57,342 nucleotides of DNA, filler included, from an uncultured virus (IMG/VR IMGVR_UViG_2049941000_000905) (30 parts of one record of this genome joined end to end with filler, not necessarily neighbours in it); one strand, 5' to 3'. Counted from the whole stretch's first letter, positions 20,974 to 30,237 are shown. Numbers and translations are program-made. Notes: generated from the sequence alone by a model not told the origin.

Positions 20974-21144
20974 TCACCCGTTGGCGGGAACCTCTCTTAT
21001 TTCTTTCGTGACTTTTGCTTTCACTTCGAGGATGACAACGCTGTCTTTCCGCTTTCGGATTTCTACGTTGCCGCCCTTGCGCAGGATCGCGTTAATCGTT
21101 TCCAGATCCGCCGCCGTCACTTGCGGAATCGTCTTGTCCGGCAT
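20974..21144 (-). CDS. small hypothetical phage protein (56 aa)
   Basis: RBS GGAGG; INAILRKGGNVEIRKRKD; follows portal. Confidence 0.65.
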   Translation of the reverse strand: MPDKTIPQVTAADLETINAILRKGGNVEIRKRKDSVVILEVKAKVTKEIREVPANG

Positions 21145-22409
21145 CCCGTTCCTCCTTCCGCAGAAGTTCCTGATACTGTTCCTCGCTCGTCTTGTAGGCG
21201 AGGTCGGGATCCGCGAAGAGGCCGCAGACTTCGTATGCCAGCTTCCGTGCGATCTTGTCGTTGTCAAGCATCGTGGTAAGTACCTGAGACTTGACCTGGA
21301 TATTCTCGTAATTGCGACGCGTGAACCGGATCTCGATGTCGGACAGCTTGATGTCTACGTTCCGCAGAGTACGGCAGATATTCAAGGCGATCCGAAGAAT
21401 CCGCTTTTCGCTCTTCTTGTAGAGCATCTCCGTCTTCCGCGCTCTTGCTTCCGCGTCTTCCCAGCCGTCCCGGTAGATCGTAGCAATGCCGGTATCGCTC
21501 GTGCTTGAANNNNNNNNNNCCTTCCGGCAGCAGAAGCGCACCCTGTTCTTTGAGGGAGTTGAGCTTCTCTTCGTCGATGTTCGCTCCGATGAACACCATG
21601 AACGCCTGTACGAACTGTTCGATGGCGTCCTCGCGGTTTGATTCGACCGCGTTAATTGTGTCGAGGAGGCTGATAACGATCTCGAATGCGCCGAGACGAG
21701 CCTTGTTCGCCGGGTATTCGACAATCGGGATCTCTCCGCACGGATTGTCCGCCTCTTCTATGACGGTATCGTTTGCGATCTTGTAGAACTTATCCTGCGT
21801 ATATACGCTGAATACCCGCTCTCCGTTTGCGTTCTTAACATACGTCGCCGCGAGAAGGGGACGGCGGGAGATTTCGTTCGTGTAGACGATAAAGGTGTTA
21901 CGAGGGTCCAGAGCATAGACCTCGAACGGGGAGGAATCCTTTTCCGTGTCTTCCCGGTCCGGAAGGATGATCTTATAGCCCGTGCCGCAGACGTTGAACC
22001 ATTCCGCTACCTCTACGTCCACGCTGCTTGCGTCTTCCTCGAACATATATGTGTTGAGCGTTCCGATCCCGTCCATAACCGAGCTGTCGTCCGACCGGCT
22101 GACATACTGGATCGGTTCGCCGAGCAGATAGCCCACGTTGAAGGACACGATCTGGAAAGCGTGATTCACGGACACCTTCGCGTTCAATTCCTGCCGGAAC
22201 TGCTTTATCTTGTTGAAGATGGGCGTGTTCCCTTTATAATACTGCCAGAGATAGTCGATCTCCCAGCGGTTCTGCTCGTGGACAGGGAAGACGGCATTGA
22301 TCGTATCGACGATAGACTGAGACCTCATCTTCTCCGGGTCGTAGGTAATCTCCCTACGTCCACTTAGCATGATGCCGAGACCAGCCGTGGTGTAACCCGC
22401 ATTATCCAT
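21092..22409 (-). CDS. portal protein, SPP1 gp6-like (split by gap)
   Basis: YYKG, NHAFQIVSFNVGYLLGEPIQY, LDPRNTFIVY, IPIVEYPAN..RLGAFE, IEIRFTR. Confidence 0.9.
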
Positions 22410-22444
22410 GCGCCGCTTCCTCCTTCCGGATAGTTTTATAACTC

Positions 22445-22473
22445 ATGTTACATATTTTGAGTTTCTGTGTCAA
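22445..22473 (-). promoter_or_regulatory. possible internal promoter upstream of portal
   Basis: Minus strand TTGACA-17bp-TAACAT in an AT-rich intergenic gap. Confidence 0.45.
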
Positions 22474-22501
22474 TATACGAATATGGTAAAATACGTTTAC
22501 C

Positions 22502-22835
22502 TCAGAATGGACGTTGTATAACTCGCGCTTCCTTCGCGTATAAGGACTGAACAAAGTCCGCCGACATGGAGAACGCGTCGGGAACGTCGTCGTGCGGATT
22601 CTTCCCGGCCACGGTGTAGGAACAGAGCATTTGAAGGGCCTTGCGGTATTCCGGCTTGTCCTTCAAAGAGGTATCATCCTTGAACAGGAAGTGTTCCTTC
22701 ACAAACGGAGAATCCACGATAATGCGCGTTTCCTTGTTGGCCGTGGAATACTTCGTCGTAATGTGTGTGATGCCGCCCTTCTTCTTGACCTCTTCCTGCA
22801 CCTTCTCCGCGATCTTGCCACCCGCGCTGTTCGAT
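22502..22835 (-). CDS. terL: terminase large subunit, C-terminal nuclease fragment
   Basis: SNSAGG, NKETRI, GKNPHDDVPDA. Confidence 0.88.
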
Positions 22836-22935
22836 NNNNNNNNNNNNNNNNNNNNNNNNNNNNNNNNNNNNNNNNNNNNTTAATTAATTAANNNNNNNNN
22901 NNNNNNNNNNNNNNNNNNNNNNNNNNNNNNNNNNN

Positions 22936-23587
22936 TCCATTTCCATACCCTCGACACCAATCTGGTTTTTCCTCGCGAAAATCACGCGCTGATAGCCGCT
23001 TGATGTGCCGAAATTCGACTTGAAAATCACAGACCAAATGTCTGGTTCATCTTCAAGCCCTGTAAAAGTAATGGAGGTCGCGCCGCTTCCGACTTGTACA
23101 TCTTTCGTATCGATATTCGCTGACGAGCCGCCGTAGGTATATTCCAGATAATGTTCAACCGAAACAAAATTCGGACCAGAGCTGGTAATCGTCAGCGTAC
23201 CATTAGAGTAAGATTTCGCGAACGACGACGAATTATACGTGACTTGCGCATTGCTTGTGTTTGTGATAGTCTGTGCATGAATTGTTGTTCCGTCGTAGAC
23301 AATCGCTGCAACCTTCGCAGGAGTTCCTGTCGATACCGTACTGTCCGGCATTATGCTAAACGACGTAGGCTCGCCCTTTAGCCCGGTAAAAACCAGAGTT
23401 GTTGTACTTGAAGGAATGCCCACCGCCTCATCCGTCTGCATCCCACCGCCACCGCCTCCGGCAACATTGACATCGACGGATGCATATTCTGTGACATCGT
23501 ACGTTCCGTTCTGCGTGATGCTCTGCGTACCGGACACGACGATGCCGTTGATGTGACGGATCGTGCCGCCGTGAGAATCCAGCTCGT
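22936..23587 (-). CDS. fibre/decoration-like Ser/Thr/Gly-rich phage protein fragment
   Basis: ITQNGTYDVTEYASVDVNVAGGGG linker plus internally repeated FTGL..EP domain. Confidence 0.6.
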
Positions 23588-23597
23588 NNNNNNNNNN

Positions 23598-23959
23598 TGT
23601 GCCGCTCTTACGGCCTCGTGATTCGCGAATACCGTTGCGTCGTCGCCGTTGACATACGCCTCTGCCGTCTTCCCGGCGAGATCGTCGTCGAAACCGAGCT
23701 TGATGTACGATGCTTTCAGATTCGCAACACGTTTCTCTTTCTCCGATTCCTGGATCTTCTTTTCAAGTTCCGCGATACGGTCTTCGTAACCCTTCGCGGT
23801 CTTCTTGAATGCAGCAGCTTCGCTGTTCGCCTTGGATGCCGCGTTCTTGTAGCGGTCGATTTCGGAAGTATCGTCCACGTCGAGAGCGAGGATCGCTTCG
23901 ATGCGCTCTTCCGCAGTCATGTTTTCGTAGCCTTCGATTTTGGATGTGTCGATCTTCAT
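23598..23959 (-). CDS. scaffold protein (DUF4355-like), N-terminal part
   Basis: MKIDTSKIEGYENMTAEE, KANSEAA, LGFDDDLA.KTAEA. Confidence 0.8.
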
Positions 23960-24126
23960 GTGTGCCTCCGCGTTTGTTGAAGCGGTTCACTCCGCTGTGT
24001 TGTCCGTTATTAAGCGTTTTCTCGCTNNNNNNNNNNNNNNNNNNNNNNNNNNNNNNNNNNNNNNNNNNNNTTAATTAATTAANNNNNNNNNNNNNNNNNN
24101 NNNNNNNNNNNNNNNNNNNNNNNNNN

Positions 24127-24441
24127 GAAGCGTTTCTCCGGCTCCCGGTTCAGTTCGATGTACTGCATATAGCTGTCGAACCGAAGACCTTGCGCCTCCA
24201 GCAGAAGCGTTCCCCGGAATATCCGTCCGATCTCCTCCCGGTCCTCGACAGGACCCCGGATCCTCTCCGCACACGCTTTCTTCAAAGCGTCCGTTGCTTC
24301 CCATTTATCCCGTCCGTTATCCATGTTCTGGCAGACGGTGTACAGGGCCTGATAGTTCCGTAAGGATGCGGGATCGCTCTGTATCGACCGGATACAGGAC
24401 AGCGCGACAGCTCGCAGCTTGACTTGATCCTCGTATCCCAT
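24127..24441 (-). CDS. terL: terminase large subunit, N-terminal fragment
   Basis: LLLEA..FDSYMQYIELNREPEKRF motif. Confidence 0.7.
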
Positions 24442-24444
24442 ACG

Positions 24445-24708
24445 TTATTTCCCCGCAATCTCTCCGGCACAGGCCGCGTAACCGGCGAGGTCTATAAAGG
24501 AATCGTCCGTGCCGGTCCCGGTCTTGATGCGCCCGATCTTGAACAGGCACATCATAATCCCGACGTCCTTTGCGCTAATATCCTGATCCAGATATGCGCT
24601 CCAAAACTCTGCTATTGCCGCAAAGTTGTCCTCTGCCTTCCCGTAATCCTGCTCTCGCTGGCCGCAGACCATTGCCTTGGCTGTGTCGAGAATCTCACTT
24701 CTGAGCAT
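24445..24708 (-). CDS. DUF6378-like phage protein
   Basis: REQDYG.AEDNF..IA..WS, KIGR, DSFIDLAGYAAC. Confidence 0.85.
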   Translation of the reverse strand: MLRSEILDTAKAMVCGQREQDYGKAEDNFAAIAEFWSAYLDQDISAKDVGIMMCLFKIGRIKTGTGTDDSFIDLAGYAACAGEIAGK

Positions 24709-24720
24709 ATTGTACCTCTC

Positions 24721-25201
24721 TTATTGTTCAACAATAAAGAAATTCATGACGCCGCACACATACGACGTACTTCTTGATCTTGCGCGGACGGTAATCGTGG
24801 CGTTTGCCGCAAAAGTAAGCGTCTCTTCGCAGTTCATACCATTTCGGTTATTATTGTTATATGTCCATGATGTGTGTGCCGATCCGAGCGCGGTTGATCC
24901 ATTATACAACTGCGATCCTGACGTGCCTGACGTTGTGTTTCTGTCCATTGACCAGTAGCATTTATATGTCCCGGCCTTGCTGACCTTAATAGATAGGTTG
25001 GTTGCGGTATATGACGTTGCAGAGACCTCGTAACGTCCTGTTGCGTACTGGATATTTTTGCTGCTTCCGCCGCCAGTATAAGTACCAGTAACGGATGTAA
25101 CGCAGTCAGCGTCGGTGGAATCACCAACGGTTACGACAACCCCGGACTTTATGTTATCGGCAGTAAGGTTTGATGTCGTTACCGCTTTGATTGTCTGCGT
25201 T
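24721..25201 (-). CDS. fibre-like phage protein, C-terminal part
   Basis: ADNIKSGVVV..G..VTGTYTGGGS motif then beta-rich domain; open from gap to stop at 24721. Confidence 0.55.
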
Positions 25202-25211
25202 NNNNNNNNNN

Positions 25212-25637
25212 GACGTTGAAGGATGGATCGTCTGCGCAGCCTGTGTCGTGACGGATGCTGTCAGGGAAACAGATGAATTGCCCGCCGTCCCGGACGAAAC
25301 ATACCCGGCTGTCGTGACGCTCGGCGTGACGGAGACAGTCTTCGTCAACGTGAGCGTGTTGGTTCCAGTCGTGACCGTTGCCGCAGTCCCGGAGATTGAT
25401 GCCGGAGCCGTGACCGTGCCGCTTGCAACAGACTTGGATGCCGCAGTTGCGTAGGTTCCAGCCGGGGCTGTTACAGTCGCACCGGAAACAGTCAGGTCGG
25501 ATGATGTGCGAGGTGTTCCCCCGGTCGGCACATTGACCGTAACCTCGGAATAACCGTCGGCATTGTCATCGGCAGGATCATAAGTTCCGTTTTCCGTGAC
25601 AGTTTTCGGCACAAGAACCGATCCCCCGCCGCCTCCA
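25212..25637 (-). CDS. Thr/Ser-rich fibre-like phage protein fragment
   Basis: KTVTENGTYDPADDNADGYSEVTVNVP, DLTVSGATVTAPAG.Y repeats. Confidence 0.6.
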
Positions 25638-26256
25638 NNNNNNNNNNNNNNNNNNNNNNNNNNNNNNNNNNNNNNNNNNNNTTAATTAATTAANNNNNNN
25701 NNNNNNNNNNNNNNNNNNNNNNNNNNNNNNNNNNNNNCACCATTCCTTGCGAAATTTGGGGCTTTCTCGAGGCAATGCACGGGCATGTGTGCGTATACGC
25801 GCACGCGTGTGTGTGGGATCGCGCCGGGACGCCAGGACGCGGCCAGAGCAGGGAATCGGCAAAACACACAAAACAGACTGTTTGTTTTTGTGCATTCATA
25901 CAAACATTGCAAAACAATCGTCCGGACGATATCTCTTTACAGTTTGTTCATGGTTTGTTCAAGCAATCGTCCGGACGATCTGATACAATCTCTCACGACA
26001 GCAACGAAACCGACGCAAGAGAGATCCGGCAGATCCCCGATACCGATCCACTCATTGACAACTGAATATCAGCCTCTCCTCGTCAAATGGCGAACCGCAA
26101 CTGTTGCATTCCGCGACAGGCAAGAACACGGTTTGACAAGTGAGGCGGTGACTCCCTTTCAAATGTCCCTGTTTACAGGGACTCATGGATACAAGCCCGC
26201 TTGTATATGTGAGTCTCTGTAAAAGAGAACATTTATTTACAAAAGGAGAACAAAAC

Positions 26257-26899
26257 ATGTATACTCTTGAATCTATCCGTAAAGTCATTCATAGCTATTG
26301 CAATCTTCGCAAGGTATATGATCCTATGGATGTAGAGGACATCAAGCTGTCGATCTCCGACGGCAATCGTAAAATCGGCCGTGTCATGAACGTCTCTCTC
26401 ATGCCTATCGTCACTTGTAAAAACTGCGGTGAATGCCGTTTCTTCTGCTACGACATCAAGGCATGTTTACAGTATGCGAACGTGATTGACGCAAGAACAC
26501 GGAATACAGTCATCCTCAAAAAGGATCGCGACGAATTCTTCCGCCGAATCGATGACAAAATGTCACGGAGACGCACAAACAAATATTTCCGCTGGCACGT
26601 TTCCGGAGATATCGTCGATCTCGACTATCTCTGTAGAATGATTGAGAACGCAAGAAACCATCCTGATTTCGTCATTTGGACATATACCAAAAACTACGAA
26701 ATCGTGAATGCCTACTGTGCATTATACGGGAAAGACAACATTCCGGAAAACTTTTCAATCATGTTTTCCGAATGGAAAGGACTGGCAATGCCTAATCCGT
26801 ATAACTTCCCCGTGTTCGCATGCCGCATGCCAGACGAGGACGAACTCGAATACGCTCGTCAGATGTGGAAATGCCCCGGGAACTGCGACGTCTGTAAAG
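26257..26899 (+). CDS. GP88-like Cys-rich (radical-SAM-related) phage protein
   Basis: RBS AAGGAG; GN.KIG, TCxxCxxCxxxCY, FRWHVSGD, WTYTK, CPG.CxxC. Confidence 0.75.
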
Positions 26900-26968
26900 N
26901 NNNNNNNNNCTCACGCCGCCCGATTCCTGTACAAAAGGAAAAATGAAATCTTGAGAGGAGACTTTGAG

Positions 26969-27206
26969 GTGAATATCTTGATAGCTTGCGAAGAATCGCA
27001 GAGGGTCTGCACTGCTTTCCGTGAAAACGGTCACAGAGCTTTCTCCTGTGATATGCAGGAATGCTCCGGGGGACACCCTGAGTGGCATATCTGCGGAGAC
27101 TGCTTGCCTTTACTGGACGGGAAATGTAACTTCACGACACAGGACGGCAAGCCCCACCACATCGACGGCAGATGGGATATGATAATCGCCCACCCCACCA
27201 TGCACC
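26969..27206 (+). CDS. phage DNA cytosine methyltransferase, N-terminal fragment
   Basis: ILIACEESQRVC.AFR..GH.AFSCD...GGHPEWHI.GD...WDMIIAHP. Confidence 0.85.
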
Positions 27207-27430
27207 NNNNNNNNNNAGAGTGGACTTGCCCGTTCCGGGAGGAAGAGAGATGGAGAGTATATCCAGCTCGTCATCTATCAGTCTTTGCATTGCCTGACAG
27301 ACGGGCATAAGCTGTTCACGGCGGGGTATCNNNNNNNNNNNNNNNNNNNNNNNNNNNNNNNNNNNNNNNNNNNNTTAATTAATTAANNNNNNNNNNNNNN
27401 NNNNNNNNNNNNNNNNNNNNNNNNNNNNNN

Positions 27431-27734
27431 ATTTGAGAGTAGTACGAGGTAGCCCCAAATATAGAGCATAAGCCGCTATTGCAGGACGTCTATTTAATTC
27501 ATAGCATCTTTTGAGGTATGTAGTAGTCCTATCTTTGACGGCTTGAAAGTCATTCATATCCACAGGAGGCGTATCCATTAGACTAATACCCTCTTTAAGA
27601 AGTTCAAGTGTAGTAGACTCTGGTCTGCCTCCATATTGAGTCAAATTCTTTTCTTCGCTATTTGCGATAGACTTTCTAATTTCGACTTCTGACTTAGTAC
27701 CAGTAGCAGGACGACCACGTTTACGAGGTGTAGA
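27431..27734 (-). CDS. terminase small subunit-like fragment with AT-hook-like PRKRGRP
   Basis: YLKRC....RPAIAAYALYLGLPRTTL resembles DNA-packaging HTH of TerS. Confidence 0.55.
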
Positions 27735-27834
27735 NNNNNNNNNNNNNNNNNNNNNNNNNNNNNNNNNNNNNNNNNNNNTTAATTAATTAANNNNNNNNNN
27801 NNNNNNNNNNNNNNNNNNNNNNNNNNNNNNNNNN

Positions 27835-28032
27835 TGCCTCTGGCTGAAAAACCTTCCTCCGCTCGTTCATACGAACGTAGTGGAACCGCAAGGCTATTGG
27901 ATCGGAGCGCATGGACACGACAAGGCGAAAAAGGGAATGTCAAAGGGTTTCCGGGATCAGAAGACCCGGAGCAAGACCTTCCCCGGCATTGCCAAGGCAA
28001 TCGCAGACCAGTGGGGAGGGATCGCTGAGTGA
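27835..28032 (+). CDS. DNA cytosine methyltransferase, C-terminal fragment
   Basis: RSKTFPGIAKAIADQWG, the conserved C-terminus of the family at 26969. Confidence 0.85.
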   Translation, partial: CLWLKNLPPLVHTNVVEPQGYWIGAHGHDKAKKGMSKGFRDQKTRSKTFPGIAKAIADQWGGIAE

Positions 28033-28235
28033 AAACCATGTCCTACAACCCCGATGAAATCATGCGGGAAATCGAAGAGCGCGCGGAGTGGATCGAATTC
28101 CGCGCCTCTTCGAGGAAAAACAAAGACACATCGCTCGACGAATACAGAGCGATGTCGTATGAAAAGCGCAAGCTGGAGCATGAATGCGCTCTGGCGGTTG
28201 AAAAATGTCTATCAAAACGCTATGGGAGGGCGTGA
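28029..28235 (+). CDS. small hypothetical protein
   Basis: GTGA overlap with the methyltransferase stop; GGAGG RBS. Confidence 0.65.
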   Translation: MKTMSYNPDEIMREIEERAEWIEFRASSRKNKDTSLDEYRAMSYEKRKLEHECALAVEKCLSKRYGRA

Positions 28236-28237
28236 AA

Positions 28238-28513
28238 ATGAAAATCACCAGAACCATCAACGGTCAGAAGGTTGAAATCGAACTCACCGCAGAGGAACGC
28301 TATTCTGCATATATCGAGGAAAAGCGCGACCTCGACATCTCGGAACTATACTGGACGTGGCAGAACATCTGCGACGATGAGGAAATCGAGCGCGACTTGA
28401 CAGAAGACGAAGTCGAGGATGCTCTTGAACGCTACTACAATCGTGTAGAGTGGTGCGATCAGCAAGCCACCGAAATCCGGTATGAAATCCTACAGGACTA
28501 CCTTGAAGACTAA
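28238..28513 (+). CDS. small highly acidic protein (91 aa)
   Basis: GGAGG RBS; 28 D/E versus 10 K/R by manual count. Confidence 0.75.
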   Translation: MKITRTINGQKVEIELTAEERYSAYIEEKRDLDISELYWTWQNICDDEEIERDLTEDEVEDALERYYNRVEWCDQQATEIRYEILQDYLED

Positions 28514-28581
28514 CGCAGACTGACGGGGGAAACCTCCCCCGGTAATGCGGGACAGCGCAAGCTGTGCGGTCAGCACCCCGC
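28514..28581 (+). ncRNA. twister self-cleaving ribozyme (circularly permuted, P5-type)
   Basis: CGCA-GA-CTG / P1 hairpin GGGGGA-aacc-TCCCCC / TAA-TGCG (P2) / P3 ACAGC-GCAA-GCTGT / P4 GCG-GTCAGCACCC-CGC; both pseudoknots can pair. Confidence 0.8.
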
Positions 28582-28618
28582 TACAAATGAAAATCTATTC
28601 CACGAAGGAGGGCCGCAT

Positions 28619-28855
28619 ATGAAATTCACACGCGACCATGTACGCCAAGCGTACAACGAAATCGATCGCCGGGTGGAACACACCATCCGGCATGAAAACC
28701 TGACCGAACCGGAGGAAATCCACGACCTCATCGTCACCATGCTCCAGGGACTTTATGCTGTCTTCTGTGCCATTGCGGACAACTGGCCCGAAGTCAGGAT
28801 GTGGACGGAAGAAGAAGAGAGAAAGCGCGAATACTTCTGCGAAGAAGGGAAGTGA
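28619..28855 (+). CDS. small hypothetical protein (78 aa, acidic)
   Basis: AAGGAGG RBS directly downstream of the ribozyme. Confidence 0.7.
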   Translation: MKFTRDHVRQAYNEIDRRVEHTIRHENLTEPEEIHDLIVTMLQGLYAVFCAIADNWPEVRMWTEEEERKREYFCEEGK

Positions 28856-28860
28856 AACTA

Positions 28861-28890
28861 TTGACAAGCGAGAAAACATCGTGCTATAAT
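28861..28890 (+). promoter_or_regulatory. strong sigma-A promoter
   Basis: TTGACA-18bp-TATAAT with extended TG. Confidence 0.75.
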
Positions 28891-28920
28891 GGCATGGAGG
28901 AAACCGAAAGGAGAAACACC

Positions 28921-29367
28921 ATGCCAAGGGAGAAAAAACACGAGAACGGTTACGCTAAAAGCCCGGAGGGGGTGGCATACCGGAACCAATATCGCGGGGA
29001 GCATTACTCGCGAATGGAAATCTTGATACCACCAGAACTCAGGACAAAGATCGAAGAACGCGCAGCCGAAGAGGGCATCAGCAGAACCCAGCTCATCGTC
29101 AAAGCATTAACAGCATACATGGAGGCGGCATCCGAAAGCCGCAGAAAGGAAATCAAAATGAAAACCATCACCCTTCTCAACCGCATTCGCGCCATGACAA
29201 ACGAACAGCTTGCCAAGACCATCCGCGAAGCAGACGAATGGGATCCCGAAGCACTCGCCGAACTCTGCAAGAGAGCAGGACTCGAAAACGAATGGAAAGA
29301 AAGCGATGGGGACACGTTTGAGTCCGTCGCATACCGTGCCGCCGAAATTCTCGGCGTTGAAATCTAA
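28921..29367 (+). CDS. ribbon-helix-helix-like protein, in frame with a second small gene starting at 29158
   Basis: SRMEILIPPELRTKIEERAAEEGISRTQLIVKAL RHH pattern; second RBS/ATG at 29158. Confidence 0.7.
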   Translation: MPREKKHENGYAKSPEGVAYRNQYRGEHYSRMEILIPPELRTKIEERAAEEGISRTQLIVKALTAYMEAASESRRKEIKMKTITLLNRIRAMTNEQLAKTIREADEWDPEALAELCKRAGLENEWKESDGDTFESVAYRAAEILGVEI

Positions 29368-29385
29368 GAAGCAAGGAGGAACGCC

Positions 29386-29607
29386 ATGAGAATCGACCTG
29401 ACGGTAAGATACAAGTGCGGATGTGAAGAATGCATCCGCACGGTTATCGGTATTCCGCATGAACTCGCATCCGCTCCGCGATCCAAGGCAAACGACCGCA
29501 AGATCGCGGACTACATCAAGGAAAACTATCACATCAACTGGAGATGTCCGAAGGGGCACGGCATCGGAATCGACAGCGGTTTCGATGATATTATCGGCAT
29601 CAACTAA
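29386..29607 (+). CDS. small Cys/His-containing hypothetical protein
   Basis: AAGGAGG RBS; YKCGC...CPKGH possible zinc ribbon. Confidence 0.65.
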   Translation: MRIDLTVRYKCGCEECIRTVIGIPHELASAPRSKANDRKIADYIKENYHINWRCPKGHGIGIDSGFDDIIGIN

Positions 29608-29623
29608 CACGGGAGGACTGACC

Positions 29624-29688
29624 ATGCCGAAAAAGAAATATGAAGAGGGATACGATAAGTCCCCGGCGGGGATCGCGTACCGAAACCA
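29624..29688 (+). CDS. paralog of the 28921 RHH-like protein, N-terminus only
   Basis: MPKKKYEEGYDKSPAGIAYRN versus MPREKKHENGYAKSPEGVAYRN. Confidence 0.65.
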
Positions 29689-29698
29689 NNNNNNNNNN

Positions 29699-30227
29699 TC
29701 CCGGAAGCCGCCGAAACCTATCTGCAATCCCTCGCATCCCTCGGAAAATCACCGCACACCATAAGACTGTACACGACCGTCCTGCACCGTTTTGGGGACT
29801 TCCTCTCCCGCCTCGCCGGGGAAATCACTCCGGCAACCATCGCCGCATACCGCTCACAGCTCTCTGGGGGCGATCTGAGCGCGAACAGCGTCAGACAGCA
29901 CCTGACTATCATCCATGCGTTCTTCGCGAAAATAGAGGCCTTCTCGCGTGTCTCCGGCGGGGATGAGCGAAATCCCGTACTCCGGGAGGAAATCCCGGAG
30001 GAAGTCCCGGTGGACTACGACGATGTGCTGACAGCGGAAGAAATCAGGATCCTGCTCGACACGAAACCGAAAGCGACCACCGCCGGAATCCCGCTCCGAA
30101 ACTACTGCATCATCGTCATGCTCTTGCAGACGGGACTCCGCAATTCCGAACTCCGCGCCTTGACGGTGGAGGATCTCGACTTTGAAAACCACATCGTCAC
30201 CGTCAGGCACGGCAAGGGGTACAAGGG
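29699..30227 (+). CDS. tyrosine recombinase (XerD-like) fragment
   Basis: GKSPHTIRLY core-binding domain; RNYCII.MLLQTGLRNSEL..L...DLDF....V.VRHGKG.K. Confidence 0.9.
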
Positions 30228-30237
30228 NNNNNNNNNN

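Noticed and set aside
19844..20977. Long ORFs spanning large N blocks (also 43432-44554 and 54173-55740)
   Set aside because: Almost entirely unknown bases
28519..28545. Hammerhead ribozyme (CTGAC...GAAA)
   Set aside because: Lacks the CUGAnGA core and stem II; twister topology explains the sequence better
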